Origin: a virus
IMG/VR virus record: IMGVR_UViG_3300027867_000003
Span: 1-64,000 of that record
DNA length: 64,000 bases
Strand: one strand, 5' to 3'
Below, in pieces: positions 46,605-56,597 of the stretch; within the stretch, counting starts at the first letter, position 1; every line of letters starts with the position of its first letter. A model generated the notes under the pieces. It saw nothing but the letters and a program-made list of their open reading frames with translations, was not told the DNA's origin and did not search any database. The translations under genes were made by a program, and so were the position numbers.

Positions 46605-47722
46605 CTGAGATCATAGACAACAATGAACCCGAACCACTAAGCCTTGGAAAGCAAATGGTAGAATCTATGACAATTCATTCTGAAATCGAGATAGATTCAA
46701 TGACCGATGGCACAGGTCTGACGAGCCTCGAAGCCACAGTTCTAGAGGCCCAGCGACAGTCCTCTGAGGCCCTGTCTTCCGAAGGCCGACAATCCTTCTC
46801 GACCAAAATCCCCAACCTTCAGATTGCCTGGGATTCGACGAGCCTCAACGATCTAAAAAAGTGCCCCCGCTATTATCAATATTCCATGGTCCTAGGTTAC
46901 GGAAGTCCATTCGCTAATGCTCATCTGACCTTCGGTGGCCTTTTCGCCAAATCACTAGAAACCTATAATCGCCTGATGGCAAAAACCGACTCCGATCACG
47001 AAAAAGCCCTAATTGAAGTCATTCGCTTTCTAGTTTCCGCCACTTGGGACTCCGAGATAAATCGTCCTTGGGTATCCGACGAGCCAACAAAGTCCCGCGA
47101 TACCCTTCTCCGCACCGTTATTTGGTATCTCGATTTCTTCAAAACCGATTCACTGAAAACCCTGACCTTTCCTGATGGAACCCCCGCAGTTGAGGTTCCG
47201 TTTAGACTCCATTTAGGCGATATTGATCTCTTTGCCCCAAGTGGCGAGGAATTCCTGCTCTGCGGTTATCTCGACAAAATCGTCATTTGGAACGACGGAA
47301 TCTACATAGTCGACCAGAAGACAACCAAATCCCCCCTCGATGATACTTATTTCAAACAATATAATCCACATAATCAGATGACCCTATATTCCATTGCTGG
47401 AAAAACAGTTCTAGAACACGAAATCGACGGAGTTATCATCGACGCGGCACAGATTCTCGTCGAAGGGACCCGATTTAGACGGCGCCCAATTCCAAGGTCT
47501 ACAGAACAGCTTGAAGAATGGCTCGTCGATCTGAAATATTATCTCAAAGAAGCCATAACTTATGCCATTGACAATCACTGGCCAATGCGAGAATCGTCTT
47601 GTGGCTTCGGTCGGAATCAATGCACCTTTCGCCCCGTCTGCTCCGCAGATCCGTCGGCCCGACAGGAAATGCTCGACAGCTTCTATGTCAGGAGAATCTG
47701 GAACCCCCTAGAGACCCGCTAA
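46601..47722 (+). CDS. PD-(D/E)XK (RecB/Cas4-like) exonuclease
   Basis: DSTSL..KKCPRYY, GYLDK..IVDQKTT, QMTLY, C..C.F.PVC. Confidence 0.85.
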   Translation: MTEIIDNNEPEPLSLGKQMVESMTIHSEIEIDSMTDGTGLTSLEATVLEAQRQSSEALSSEGRQSFSTKIPNLQIAWDSTSLNDLKKCPRYYQYSMVLGYGSPFANAHLTFGGLFAKSLETYNRLMAKTDSDHEKALIEVIRFLVSATWDSEINRPWVSDEPTKSRDTLLRTVIWYLDFFKTDSLKTLTFPDGTPAVEVPFRLHLGDIDLFAPSGEEFLLCGYLDKIVIWNDGIYIVDQKTTKSPLDDTYFKQYNPHNQMTLYSIAGKTVLEHEIDGVIIDAAQILVEGTRFRRRPIPRSTEQLEEWLVDLKYYLKEAITYAIDNHWPMRESSCGFGRNQCTFRPVCSADPSARQEMLDSFYVRRIWNPLETR

Positions 47723-47745
47723 TCATCAACCAAAGGACCTCTCCA

Positions 47746-48012
47746 ATGGGCTACTACATCAACCCGCCATCCGAGACCAAAGAACAGTGGCTTCAAAAGC
47801 ATGGAACCCCCGTTCACGGTGACGTGGTCCTCTCTCACGACTTCTCAGGACCAACCCTTCCGGTTTGCCTCGTCGATAACGGACCCTTCACCGCCGCCGG
47901 CATAGCTTTCGACGCAGGCGAACTCCGAGCCTTCGGTCACCCCGACCGCAGACCCAAATCTTGGTTCCTCGTCAGCCGAGAGGACCTAGAGCCATATTAT
48001 AGAGGGAAATAA
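47746..48012 (+). CDS. hypothetical protein
   Basis: MGYYINP; VCLVDNGPFTAAGI. Confidence 0.65.
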   Translation: MGYYINPPSETKEQWLQKHGTPVHGDVVLSHDFSGPTLPVCLVDNGPFTAAGIAFDAGELRAFGHPDRRPKSWFLVSREDLEPYYRGK

Positions 48013-48015
48013 CCG

Positions 48016-48462
48016 ATGCCCGTCTTCGCCCTCATCGACCCAAAGGCCCGATCAATCGACCTAGAGGATTTCCCTAGCTACGATCTAGCTCTCGACAAAG
48101 TTGGGCTAAAAGCTGGTTCCGTCGACTTCGGCACCGTGGCTCAGTGGAAAGACGGTCGAAATCTCTCAATCATCGTCTATGAATGGAGCCTCATGGACAG
48201 CGACCCTGAAGCCTATTTCGCCTGCAACGGACGTCTCTACAATGGCCCCGCCGTGATGTATATGTCCGACGCCGAGGGTGAGACAATCGACTTCTCGCCG
48301 GCCTTGGCCGAACACTTCAAGGCCGACTGTTCTCACTTCCTCTGGCTCAGTTCGGTCGAAGCCGCCGAAAAGGCCATCATGGAGAACAAAGTCATTCGAC
48401 CCCAGACGGCCATCAACGGAGTTCCAACGTGGCAATGGAATAAGCCGAAGGAGTCTGTCTGA
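48016..48462 (+). CDS. hypothetical protein
   Basis: LIDPKARSI start; RBS. Confidence 0.65.
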   Translation: MPVFALIDPKARSIDLEDFPSYDLALDKVGLKAGSVDFGTVAQWKDGRNLSIIVYEWSLMDSDPEAYFACNGRLYNGPAVMYMSDAEGETIDFSPALAEHFKADCSHFLWLSSVEAAEKAIMENKVIRPQTAINGVPTWQWNKPKESV

Positions 48463-48463
48463 G

Positions 48464-49450
48464 ATGCCCAGCCTCCTTGATCCAATCTCCGAATCCGCCA
48501 AGATCCTCCTAATCGGAGATCAGTCGGCCGGAAAGACCGGGGCAAAAGCCAGCCTCATCGCAATGGGCTATAAGCTCCTGATGATCGACACCGACAAAGG
48601 CTTCAAAATCCTCAGAGCCCTCTTGACCGATTCTCGATATCCATATAAAGCCTATATGGAAAAACATGGCATCCGACCTGAGGAAAATATCAGCTACATT
48701 CCGATTGACGTCCCGATGGACTTCAAATCCGAGAACATCAAAGGGACTCAGTGGAACATTCTAAGTCCTATGTCGTCGTCTGCCTGGTCAACCGTCATCA
48801 ATCTCCTTCGTGAGTGGAAAGACGGTCAGAAGTCCTGGGGCTCTATCAACGACTGGGACAGCGACACAATTCTCGACTTCGACACCATGTCAACATTGGC
48901 TGAGATTGCCAAATATTGGGTCCAAGACATGAACGGCCATCTTGGAGCCCTCGTCGACGATCACGGCCGAGACACCGGCGGGGCGCAAGAAATGATAATG
49001 CGCCTGATGACCAAAGTCACATCATCATCGGTGCGATGTAATGTCATCATCACAGCACATATAAAGCGAGTCGACATGTCAGCCGATGTCCCCCAGTCCC
49101 CAGAACAGAGGCTCAGAGAAAAAAAGGCCATCGACCCAAAGGGCTTTCCCGCCGTTATCGGACAGGCCGTCAGTCCATATATCGGAAAGAAATTCAACGA
49201 CCAATTCATCGTCAAACAAGACGGCGACGGCAACCGAGGAACCCGAAGAATCTACACCGTGCCAACTGACAACGTTGGGGCCAAGAACTCCGTCTATCTT
49301 GAACCATCTTATGACCTTACCAGTGGCCTCGCCGAAATATTCTGCGCCCTTCAATACAAAGACCCCCCAACGGATCTCATTAACGCCATGAAACCGAAGT
49401 CAGAAGGCCCACCCCCAGGTCCCATCGCCAGTGGCTTTGGAAAACGATAA
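48464..49450 (+). CDS. AAA_24 / Sak4-like P-loop ATPase
   Basis: KILLIGDQSAGKT, IDTDKG, DFDTMS, NVIITAH; between exonuclease and SSB-like gene. Confidence 0.8.
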   Translation: MPSLLDPISESAKILLIGDQSAGKTGAKASLIAMGYKLLMIDTDKGFKILRALLTDSRYPYKAYMEKHGIRPEENISYIPIDVPMDFKSENIKGTQWNILSPMSSSAWSTVINLLREWKDGQKSWGSINDWDSDTILDFDTMSTLAEIAKYWVQDMNGHLGALVDDHGRDTGGAQEMIMRLMTKVTSSSVRCNVIITAHIKRVDMSADVPQSPEQRLREKKAIDPKGFPAVIGQAVSPYIGKKFNDQFIVKQDGDGNRGTRRIYTVPTDNVGAKNSVYLEPSYDLTSGLAEIFCALQYKDPPTDLINAMKPKSEGPPPGPIASGFGKR

Positions 49451-49467
49451 CCCAAGGACAATTCTCA

Positions 49468-49665
49468 ATGATCCCCTCTCCTGATATTCCCCCCGGCTAC
49501 TATCTGGTCCAAAAGGGCCGCTATCCCTCCGGTCAGCCTGCTTGGCGCGTTGCTCGTTGGATGCCGCAGGCTGAGACGTGGGAACTCAACAGCCCTTGGT
49601 TCGACCATCCCGGTCACTACGTCGCCGCAGGCTATTTCGACGACATCGGAACCAAGGTAGCATAG
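49468..49665 (+). CDS. hypothetical protein
   Basis: AAGGA RBS. Confidence 0.5.
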   Translation: MIPSPDIPPGYYLVQKGRYPSGQPAWRVARWMPQAETWELNSPWFDHPGHYVAAGYFDDIGTKVA

Positions 49666-49830
49666 GACAGAGCCCATGACCTTCAAACGCCAGACACAAT
49701 TCGAGACCCTTAAATCGGGTCTCTCCCGCTCTACCGACGGCCCAACAGTGGCCGCAGTAGAAAGAGCACAGAATTCAGAATCTCCTGAATCTCCTGCTCT
49801 CCTTCAACCCACCGAAAGGACCTAATTCCT

Positions 49831-50322
49831 ATGGCCGAACCAATGGACCTTCGCGATCTGCTTGACGCCCCAGGGACATCGTTTCCTGACCGCCCGAGTC
49901 TCCCCGGCTCAAAGACCTTCTACGGGAAGCTCCTTTCCGTCGAAGCAACTCACAGCCAGGTGAAGGGAACCCCTGCGTTCCGCTTCAACGTCCGTCTCAC
50001 GGACCCTGGTTCCGATGTTCCCAAGCCCGCCCTCGACGCAATCACGGGCGCCGGTTTCAACCTCAGCGACTACCAGGTCTACTATGACTTCTGGCTGACC
50101 CCCGGCTCCATGTCCATGCTGTGGCGCTTTCTGGAAGGTGGTGGTTTCGACCGGAACAAGGGCCTCCGGGAGCAGATGAAGCTCGACGACAGTTATAACC
50201 CCACCGCCGATACCAACGACCTGTTCCGGGGCATGGACATCATCTGCCGAACCCAACAGGCGAACGACCAGGGGCGGGTCTTCAGCAACCTCGACATGAT
50301 TGCCTTCAGGAAAGCCGCCTAA
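49831..50322 (+). CDS. SSB-like / OB-fold protein
   Basis: Follows the ATPase; LPG..FYG, FWLT, optimised codon usage. Confidence 0.55.
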   Translation: MAEPMDLRDLLDAPGTSFPDRPSLPGSKTFYGKLLSVEATHSQVKGTPAFRFNVRLTDPGSDVPKPALDAITGAGFNLSDYQVYYDFWLTPGSMSMLWRFLEGGGFDRNKGLREQMKLDDSYNPTADTNDLFRGMDIICRTQQANDQGRVFSNLDMIAFRKAA

Positions 50323-50613
50323 GAGATCCGTTCTCCCTCTTCGGAACGGACGATGACAAATGGACCCTTGTTATCTGTCCGTCCTCACCCGGCAAACGGC
50401 AGCCGGGCCGAAGAAAGTCGCGACAGGCCGGAAAGACGGCCACCCCCCTTCGGAGACCTAAGAATGCCCCCGTCGAATCCATTTGCCTAAATCCGGGCAG
50501 CTCGTTCTTCGAACAATGGACAACCGGCACCGATTCCTGTTCGCACCACAGGACCGGAAGCCCCGTCGACGAACCCCGGAGACAAACCCCATGACAGGAA
50601 AGGACCCCCGTCA

Positions 50614-50784
50614 ATGATCTGGGAATACAAAATACTCGACCCCGGAGCTGAGGTCAATCTCAATGAACTCCAATCCGAGCTAAATTCCCTCGGCCTCAAT
50701 CGCTGGGAACTCGTCGGCTTCGACGACACCATGATGATCCTCAAACGAATCCGAGACGACTGGCAAAGAAAGGACGAGAGATAG
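50614..50784 (+). CDS. DUF4177-like small protein (not in ORF track)
   Basis: Hand translation MIWEYKIL...LNSLGLNRWELVG...LKR. Confidence 0.65.
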   Translation: MIWEYKILDPGAEVNLNELQSELNSLGLNRWELVGFDDTMMILKRIRDDWQRKDER

Positions 50785-50787
50785 ACC

Positions 50788-52212
50788 ATGTCTCGTGATC
50801 TCGATCCCCGGAAAATCATAGTCCGAAATCGCCAACGGAAGGACCTCGGAAATCTGACATCCCTAGAGAACTCCATAAAGACCCGAGGCCAGATTCATCC
50901 AATCGTCGTTCGAACCGAGCCCGATGATTCGATTGTCCTGATGGTCGGTGGCCGAAGGCTCCAGGCTTGCATCAATCTCGGCATCCCCGTCAAGGCCGAC
51001 TTCTGGGACGACCTCGACGACACAACGGCCAAAGCCGTTGAACTAGAGGAAAACATAAAGCGAAGCGATCTGTCGTGGCGCGATCACGCCACAGCGGTCG
51101 GCGAACTCCATCAATTATACAAAGACACCCGCCCGGATTGGACTGTCCAGAAAACCGCAAGCGAAATTAGCATGGCCCCCAGCCAGATTCATCTAATTCT
51201 CACCGTATTCAAGAACCTCGCTTCGCCCCTCTTGAACAATTCCCAGAGTCTCGACCAATCTTATTCAATCCTTCAGAACACAGCTGAACGCAAAACGGCC
51301 CAAATCGTCGCCGACATAATTTCAGCGAGCAAAGAGATCTTCGACTCAGCATCGAATTCACAGGAGAAAAACAATGAAAGAGACTCTATTGGCCCTGACG
51401 GCAGGGATGATAGTGGGGTTAATAATGTCACCAATGGTCAAGGACTTATCAATTCAGAGAAGGATGATGCTGATAGCCATTCCAGCAATCTTAGCAGGAG
51501 TCTTAGTTCAACGTCTATATCACCCAAAATAATTCTGAATACCAATTTCCTCACCTGGGTCGCCAAATACAGCGGGCCTCAGTTCAACCTCATTCACTGC
51601 GACTTCCCATATAGCATCCAATATGACAGCTATGCAAAATCCATCTCTAGCACAACCGAAGATTATGATTTCTCCGGCTTCTTCGACCTCCTCGACCCGC
51701 TCGTCGAAAACATCAATAAGATCGCCTCCTATTCATCGCACATCATGTTCTGGTTTTCTATGAAATTCTACGAACAAACGAAACAAAAACTCGAATCCAG
51801 TGGTCTCTATGTCCACGACCATCCCCTAATCTGGCACAAGACTGACAACGCCGGCATCATTCCGGGTAGAGACAATGCCTTTCCCCGCCGGGTCTACGAG
51901 ACAGCATTTCTATGTTCCCGTGGTCGAAGAACCCTCGTCAAATCTCTCTCAAATACCTATGGATGTCCAACATCCGATAAACCGATTCATCCCTCTCAGA
52001 AGCCCGAGCCGATGCTAAGGCACTTTTTCTCAATGCTCATAGACGAAACAACCGATTTCTTCGACCCCACCTGCGGCAGCGGCACTGCGCTCAGGGCCGC
52101 CGACGCCGTCGGAGCCCGCTCGGTCCTCGGTGTTGAAATCGACCCTGCTTACGCCGCCTCAGCCGAAAGCGCCTTCCAGACATCCTGGCTACTCCGAAAA
52201 GCAATAAGATGA
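50788..52212 (+). CDS. ParB-N domain fused to N4/N6 DNA methyltransferase
   Basis: RQRK, GQIHPI, GGRRL, ELEENIKR; then DFPY, HPSQKP, DPTCGSGT (beta-class order). Confidence 0.85.
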   Translation: MSRDLDPRKIIVRNRQRKDLGNLTSLENSIKTRGQIHPIVVRTEPDDSIVLMVGGRRLQACINLGIPVKADFWDDLDDTTAKAVELEENIKRSDLSWRDHATAVGELHQLYKDTRPDWTVQKTASEISMAPSQIHLILTVFKNLASPLLNNSQSLDQSYSILQNTAERKTAQIVADIISASKEIFDSASNSQEKNNERDSIGPDGRDDSGVNNVTNGQGLINSEKDDADSHSSNLSRSLSSTSISPKIILNTNFLTWVAKYSGPQFNLIHCDFPYSIQYDSYAKSISSTTEDYDFSGFFDLLDPLVENINKIASYSSHIMFWFSMKFYEQTKQKLESSGLYVHDHPLIWHKTDNAGIIPGRDNAFPRRVYETAFLCSRGRRTLVKSLSNTYGCPTSDKPIHPSQKPEPMLRHFFSMLIDETTDFFDPTCGSGTALRAADAVGARSVLGVEIDPAYAASAESAFQTSWLLRKAIR

Positions 52213-52949
52213 ACGCTTATTACAACGAAATAGACACCTATTGTTCTAAATGGCTAGAACGGTTAATTTCGTCCAATGTGCTACCACAGGGCATAGTAGA
52301 TAATAGAAGTATAATAATGGCTAACTATGTTAACTTAGGACTATTTAACCAATGCCATTTCTTTGCCGGAATTGGCGGATGGCCTCTAGCTTTGCGGATG
52401 TCAAATTGGCCTAAAGACGAGCCCATTTGGACCGGAAGTTGCCCATGTCAACCGTTTTCTATAGCGAGCCCAAATCGGAGTAGAACAGCCGATGACCGAC
52501 ATCAATGGCCCAACTTCTTCCAACTCATCGAAAAGCATCGACCTTCAACAGTCTTTGGAGAGCAAGTTGCAGGAATGGATGGCCTGTCATGGTTCACCGA
52601 TATCAGGAATGACCTTGAAGGAATTGACTATGCTGTTGGGGCCGCGAATTTGCCAGCTATCGGGGCACCCCACAGGAGAAGCAGAATCTTCTGGGTGGCC
52701 CACTCCAGCCGCAAGAGATTGGAAGGACCTCTCTTTACGAGAGAAAGGTTATTCGTTGCAGCGCAGGAGGCATCAGCCTTCAACAGTCACCACGGCTTAC
52801 GAACGCGGTTTAACGACAGCCCAAATCCCGCATCTACTCTGTCATATCATGGGATTTCCCGACCTATGGATATTGTGCGCGCCTTTGGAAACTCGATAGT
52901 TCCTCAAACAGCTACAATATTCATAAACCTAATTACAGAATGCCTCTAA
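52209..52949 (+). CDS. DNA cytosine-5 methyltransferase
   Basis: FFAGIGG, SCPCQPFS, GEQV, PH.R.R, GNSIVP; AT-rich. Confidence 0.85.
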   Translation: MNAYYNEIDTYCSKWLERLISSNVLPQGIVDNRSIIMANYVNLGLFNQCHFFAGIGGWPLALRMSNWPKDEPIWTGSCPCQPFSIASPNRSRTADDRHQWPNFFQLIEKHRPSTVFGEQVAGMDGLSWFTDIRNDLEGIDYAVGAANLPAIGAPHRRSRIFWVAHSSRKRLEGPLFTRERLFVAAQEASAFNSHHGLRTRFNDSPNPASTLSYHGISRPMDIVRAFGNSIVPQTATIFINLITECL

Positions 52950-53158
52950 GAAAGATTTCCCAAATGACCCTCTTTCTAGTTGCCTATTTCATTCTCAACA
53001 TAACCATCGCGTTCAAATTCCTCATCGACAGCCCGGGTCTAAAACAGAGTGTCGCCTTCATCTGTGCCTATCTTATAGCCCTTGTCGGAATTCCCGTCCT
53101 AATTGCAATCTTCATCAAAGTCAGTTTCGATCGCCTCTATAACAGAAAACCCCTTTGA
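52940..53158 (+). CDS. small two-TM membrane protein
   Basis: Two hydrophobic stretches. Confidence 0.5.
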   Translation: MPLRKISQMTLFLVAYFILNITIAFKFLIDSPGLKQSVAFICAYLIALVGIPVLIAIFIKVSFDRLYNRKPL

Positions 53159-53174
53159 AAGGCAACTTAGAGAT

Positions 53175-54518
53175 ATGAAGGTCGTTATAGTCGGCGAAGC
53201 CTGGGGGAGGCATGAAGAACAGATGTCCCATGCCCTCGTAGGACCCTCGGGTCGCGAATTGACCCTCGAACTCGGTATCTCCGGCCTCGCCCCCTTCATG
53301 CAAATTCAATGTCATGAATGCAAAGAGATGGTCGACTTCACCGACGGCACCTGCGATAATTGCAAAAGTCGCATCTGGCCCAATGAATTCCATCTTCTCG
53401 ACTATTGGAAGAAACTGCGAACCGAACATGGTATTGCCGTCACCAACGTCTTCAACCGAAGGCCGTTTGCCCTTTATAATTTCCCCGACATCGGCTGGTC
53501 AACTTGCAAGATCATCGAAGATCGCGGAAAGTTTAGCAAAATTAAGCGCCTCTCCGACGACACCGAGCACACCGTCATCACAAAATCTGTCATCCAGAAT
53601 GACCTCGGTGGCTTCTTTTCTCCCGAGAGACAGACCCCGATGCCCCCGTGGAAAGCATCAAAGATAGTCAGCGGAACACACCTAAAGCGCGAGTTCTTCC
53701 ATCACGTCGAGAGCCTATGGACGGAAATCCGCGACCTCGACCCGACATTGATCCTCTGTCTCGGCAACGCCGCCTGCTGGGCCATCCTAGGTCAGACAAA
53801 AATCACCGCCCTCCGCGGCACAGTTTCTATGAGTGCGAAGGACCTGACAGGATTTGAGAAGAAATGCCTCGCAACTTTTCATCCTGCCGCCGTCCTTCGC
53901 GCCCCTCCCATGCGAGCGAGCGTCATTCCCGACCTGACGAAGGCCAAACGCGAAGCCGAGTTCCCCGAAATACGACGCCCCGAACGATGGCTGACAATCC
54001 CGAGTCCCAACGAGGCCGGAATAAAAGAAGGCTATGAATGGTTAAAACGACCGACTCAATCGTATTCCTGCGACATCGAAACAATCAAACGTCAAATATC
54101 TATCATCGGTTTTGGAAGATCCCCCTCAGATGCCCTGGTTATCCCCTTTAGGGATGCAAACGTCGATAACCAAGGTCATATCGTCGATGTCGGAAAGATC
54201 GCCACTGATCTCGGATTCCCTTCAACCAATATAAATTATTGGCCCACTCCGGAACTAGAATTCGAAGCCTGGAAACTCGCTATAGCAGCCCTCCAATCAG
54301 ACAAAGAGAAGATATTCCAAAACGGTATATATGATTTATCTTATATGGTCGGAATGGGCATATTTCCAAAGAACATCGCCCACGATACGATGTTGTGGCA
54401 TCATAGTCGATTCATTGAACTACCTAAGAGCTTAGGATTTTTAGGCTCTATATACTGTAATGAAATTTCGTGGAAACAGATGTCCCGACACAGCAACTCT
54501 CTAAAAAGAGACGAATAA
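53175..54518 (+). CDS. uracil-DNA-glycosylase-like domain fused to partial 3'-5' exonuclease
   Basis: VGEAWG..E, VGPSG, TNVF, LGN.A, TFHPAA; DIET (ExoI), QNGIYD (ExoII), HDTM. Confidence 0.85.
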   Translation: MKVVIVGEAWGRHEEQMSHALVGPSGRELTLELGISGLAPFMQIQCHECKEMVDFTDGTCDNCKSRIWPNEFHLLDYWKKLRTEHGIAVTNVFNRRPFALYNFPDIGWSTCKIIEDRGKFSKIKRLSDDTEHTVITKSVIQNDLGGFFSPERQTPMPPWKASKIVSGTHLKREFFHHVESLWTEIRDLDPTLILCLGNAACWAILGQTKITALRGTVSMSAKDLTGFEKKCLATFHPAAVLRAPPMRASVIPDLTKAKREAEFPEIRRPERWLTIPSPNEAGIKEGYEWLKRPTQSYSCDIETIKRQISIIGFGRSPSDALVIPFRDANVDNQGHIVDVGKIATDLGFPSTNINYWPTPELEFEAWKLAIAALQSDKEKIFQNGIYDLSYMVGMGIFPKNIAHDTMLWHHSRFIELPKSLGFLGSIYCNEISWKQMSRHSNSLKRDE

Positions 54519-54520
54519 CC

Positions 54521-55999
54521 ATGCCAACAATAGCGTTCCACGAGATCGAAATTAATAAAGCCAATCAGGCCATATATTGCGGCGGGGACAATTTTCTCAC
54601 CAAAGAGATAGACCAAGTCAGGCAGAATTTGCGAGACAATGACACTCTCATATATGATCTTGAGCGAGCCCTGCAAGGCCCCGTCCTAGAACTAATGCTC
54701 CGAGGCTTCCGCGTCGACATAGACGAACGCGATAAGGCCATAGAGCTAGTCACACAGAAGCGAGCCTCAGTCGAGAAAATCCTCTCCGCCATCATAACAG
54801 CGATCCAGGGTTCCTATGATCCCAAGTTCCCCCGATCAGACAAACAACTGCGAACTCTGTTCTACGATCATATGAGGCTAATTCCAATTGAAAAGCACAT
54901 AAACGGTGAGACCAAGAGACCAATGGACAGAGAGACATTGGAGAAACTCGAACTCCAAGATAAGTGGGCCGCCCCCATCATCAATGCAATTCTCCAGTTT
55001 CGCGATCATTCGAAGTCCCTCGAAGTCCTCGAAAAGGAAATCGACTCCGATTTCCGCTGGCGATGCTCATATAATATCGGAGGGACAAATACGGGTCGTT
55101 TTAGTAGTTCCAAATCCCCCTTTGGAACAGCCAGTAATTTTCAAAATATTCATGAGGACCTTAGACGGGTCTTCATCCCCGATTCGGGATATAAGCTCTA
55201 TGGCATCGATAAGGCCCAGAGCGAATCTCACGACGTCGCCTGGTTCTGCGGTACAATTTTAGGCGACTGGACCTATCTCGACGCCTGCCAATCAGGCGAC
55301 TTACATACCTTCGTAACCCGCATGTGCTATCCTGATTGGGCCTGGACCGGAGACCTTAGAAAGGACCGTGCTTTAGCTGAACGTCGTTTTTATCGTCTCT
55401 TCACCTATCGTGACGTCTCAAAGCGCGTCGGCCATGCTACGAACTACCTTGGAACTCCCAAAGAGATTTCTCGACAAACTCGGCTACCCCAGAATATTGC
55501 TGAGGAATTCCAAGAACGCTATTTCACCGCCTTCCCGTGCATCCCGCAGATGCACCAATGGATTTCTCAAGAACTTCAACGCCACAGATTCTTAGTCAAT
55601 TCCTTCGGTCGCAGGAGAGACTTCTTCGACCGTCCAGATAGCCGCGAGACACTGAAATCGGCTGTCGCCTATATGTTTCAATCAGCGACCGCAGACGCCT
55701 TGAATTTGGGTATGTACCGTCTTTGGAAGAACATGAGAAGCAAAGTCCAACTCCTCTCCCAGCTTCACGATGCCGTTTACTTCCAAGCCCCCATCACGGA
55801 CGAAGAATCCGAAAGAACCCTAATCCGTGAATGCGTCAATTGGGTTCAGATCACCCAGAGAGATCCGAAATCAGGTCGCTCTATGACCATCCCAGGAGAG
55901 CCGGTCGGCGGCTTCAATTGGGCCCACCGATTTAGAATCCGAGAAGACGGCACGAAGGAAGAATGGAACAAACATGGCCTAGACTCAATTAGGATCTAA
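54521..55999 (+). CDS. family A DNA polymerase
   Basis: TGRFSSS, NFQNI, DKAQSE (motif A), R..SKRVGHATNY (motif B), QLHDA (motif C). Confidence 0.92.
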   Translation: MPTIAFHEIEINKANQAIYCGGDNFLTKEIDQVRQNLRDNDTLIYDLERALQGPVLELMLRGFRVDIDERDKAIELVTQKRASVEKILSAIITAIQGSYDPKFPRSDKQLRTLFYDHMRLIPIEKHINGETKRPMDRETLEKLELQDKWAAPIINAILQFRDHSKSLEVLEKEIDSDFRWRCSYNIGGTNTGRFSSSKSPFGTASNFQNIHEDLRRVFIPDSGYKLYGIDKAQSESHDVAWFCGTILGDWTYLDACQSGDLHTFVTRMCYPDWAWTGDLRKDRALAERRFYRLFTYRDVSKRVGHATNYLGTPKEISRQTRLPQNIAEEFQERYFTAFPCIPQMHQWISQELQRHRFLVNSFGRRRDFFDRPDSRETLKSAVAYMFQSATADALNLGMYRLWKNMRSKVQLLSQLHDAVYFQAPITDEESERTLIRECVNWVQITQRDPKSGRSMTIPGEPVGGFNWAHRFRIREDGTKEEWNKHGLDSIRI

Positions 56000-56003
56000 A
56001 GAA

Positions 56004-56390
56004 ATGGAAATCGTAGAACCCGGTCACTGGTTTAAGCTGAACAACTATTCCGGGATTTCAGAGAGCACAACTTTGTCGAAATCTCAATTAGTTTTCATGC
56101 ATAGAGTTGGTGACAATTACCCAGGAAACCACGGCTATCCGTATGATGGGACAAATTGTCAGGAAGTCCTAAGAGCCTTGATTCACCGTTGCATTTACTT
56201 AAATGGTCAGATTCCTTGCCGAGAAACAGAGAACATAATCGAGAATCTTCGTTATAGTCTAATCTTGTTCGAAGAAAGAGCAGCTAGGGTTCACGGACTA
56301 AAACTCCCCCCAAATCTTCCAAAAGATATAGAAAATACACCAACTTGCCGCCAGTGCGGTCATATAGTATGTAATCACAAGAAATTCTGA
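56004..56390 (+). CDS. Tad1-like helical protein (possible nucleotide sponge)
   Basis: GTNCQEVLRALIHR..L...PCRE.....L..SL..FEER pattern. Confidence 0.45.
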   Translation: MEIVEPGHWFKLNNYSGISESTTLSKSQLVFMHRVGDNYPGNHGYPYDGTNCQEVLRALIHRCIYLNGQIPCRETENIIENLRYSLILFEERAARVHGLKLPPNLPKDIENTPTCRQCGHIVCNHKKF

Positions 56391-56417
56391 ATCTGAGGAT
56401 CGAGAAAATTTGCCCAG

Positions 56418-56597
56418 ATGCCTTCTGACTGGATCACCGACTTTGTGGCATCCACAGAGACCATGCGAAGCCCGGATTCATTTCGCCTTTGGGGCGGCAT
56501 CGCCACAATTGCCGCCGTTCTCGAACGCCGCGTATGGACGGAGACCGACGTCGACAAACTGAAGAGGTTAGGAAAATGTCTAGAAAAAGGTGTATAA
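56418..56597 (+). pseudogene. orphaned 5' fragment of the helicase-like gene
   Basis: MPSDWITDFVASTETMRSPDSFRLWGGIATIAAVLERRVWTETDVDKL matches the N-terminus of 57119-58327. Confidence 0.85.

Noticed and set aside
46601-47722. Cas4 as evidence of CRISPR-Cas
   Set aside because: Context (ATPase, SSB-like gene) fits a phage recombination exonuclease
12904-50322. Several proteins ending in Ala-Ala (portal, GT, CobT, YubB-like, SSB-like) as ClpXP degrons
   Set aside because: A two-residue ending that is common in GC-rich phage proteins; cannot be distinguished from chance without statistics
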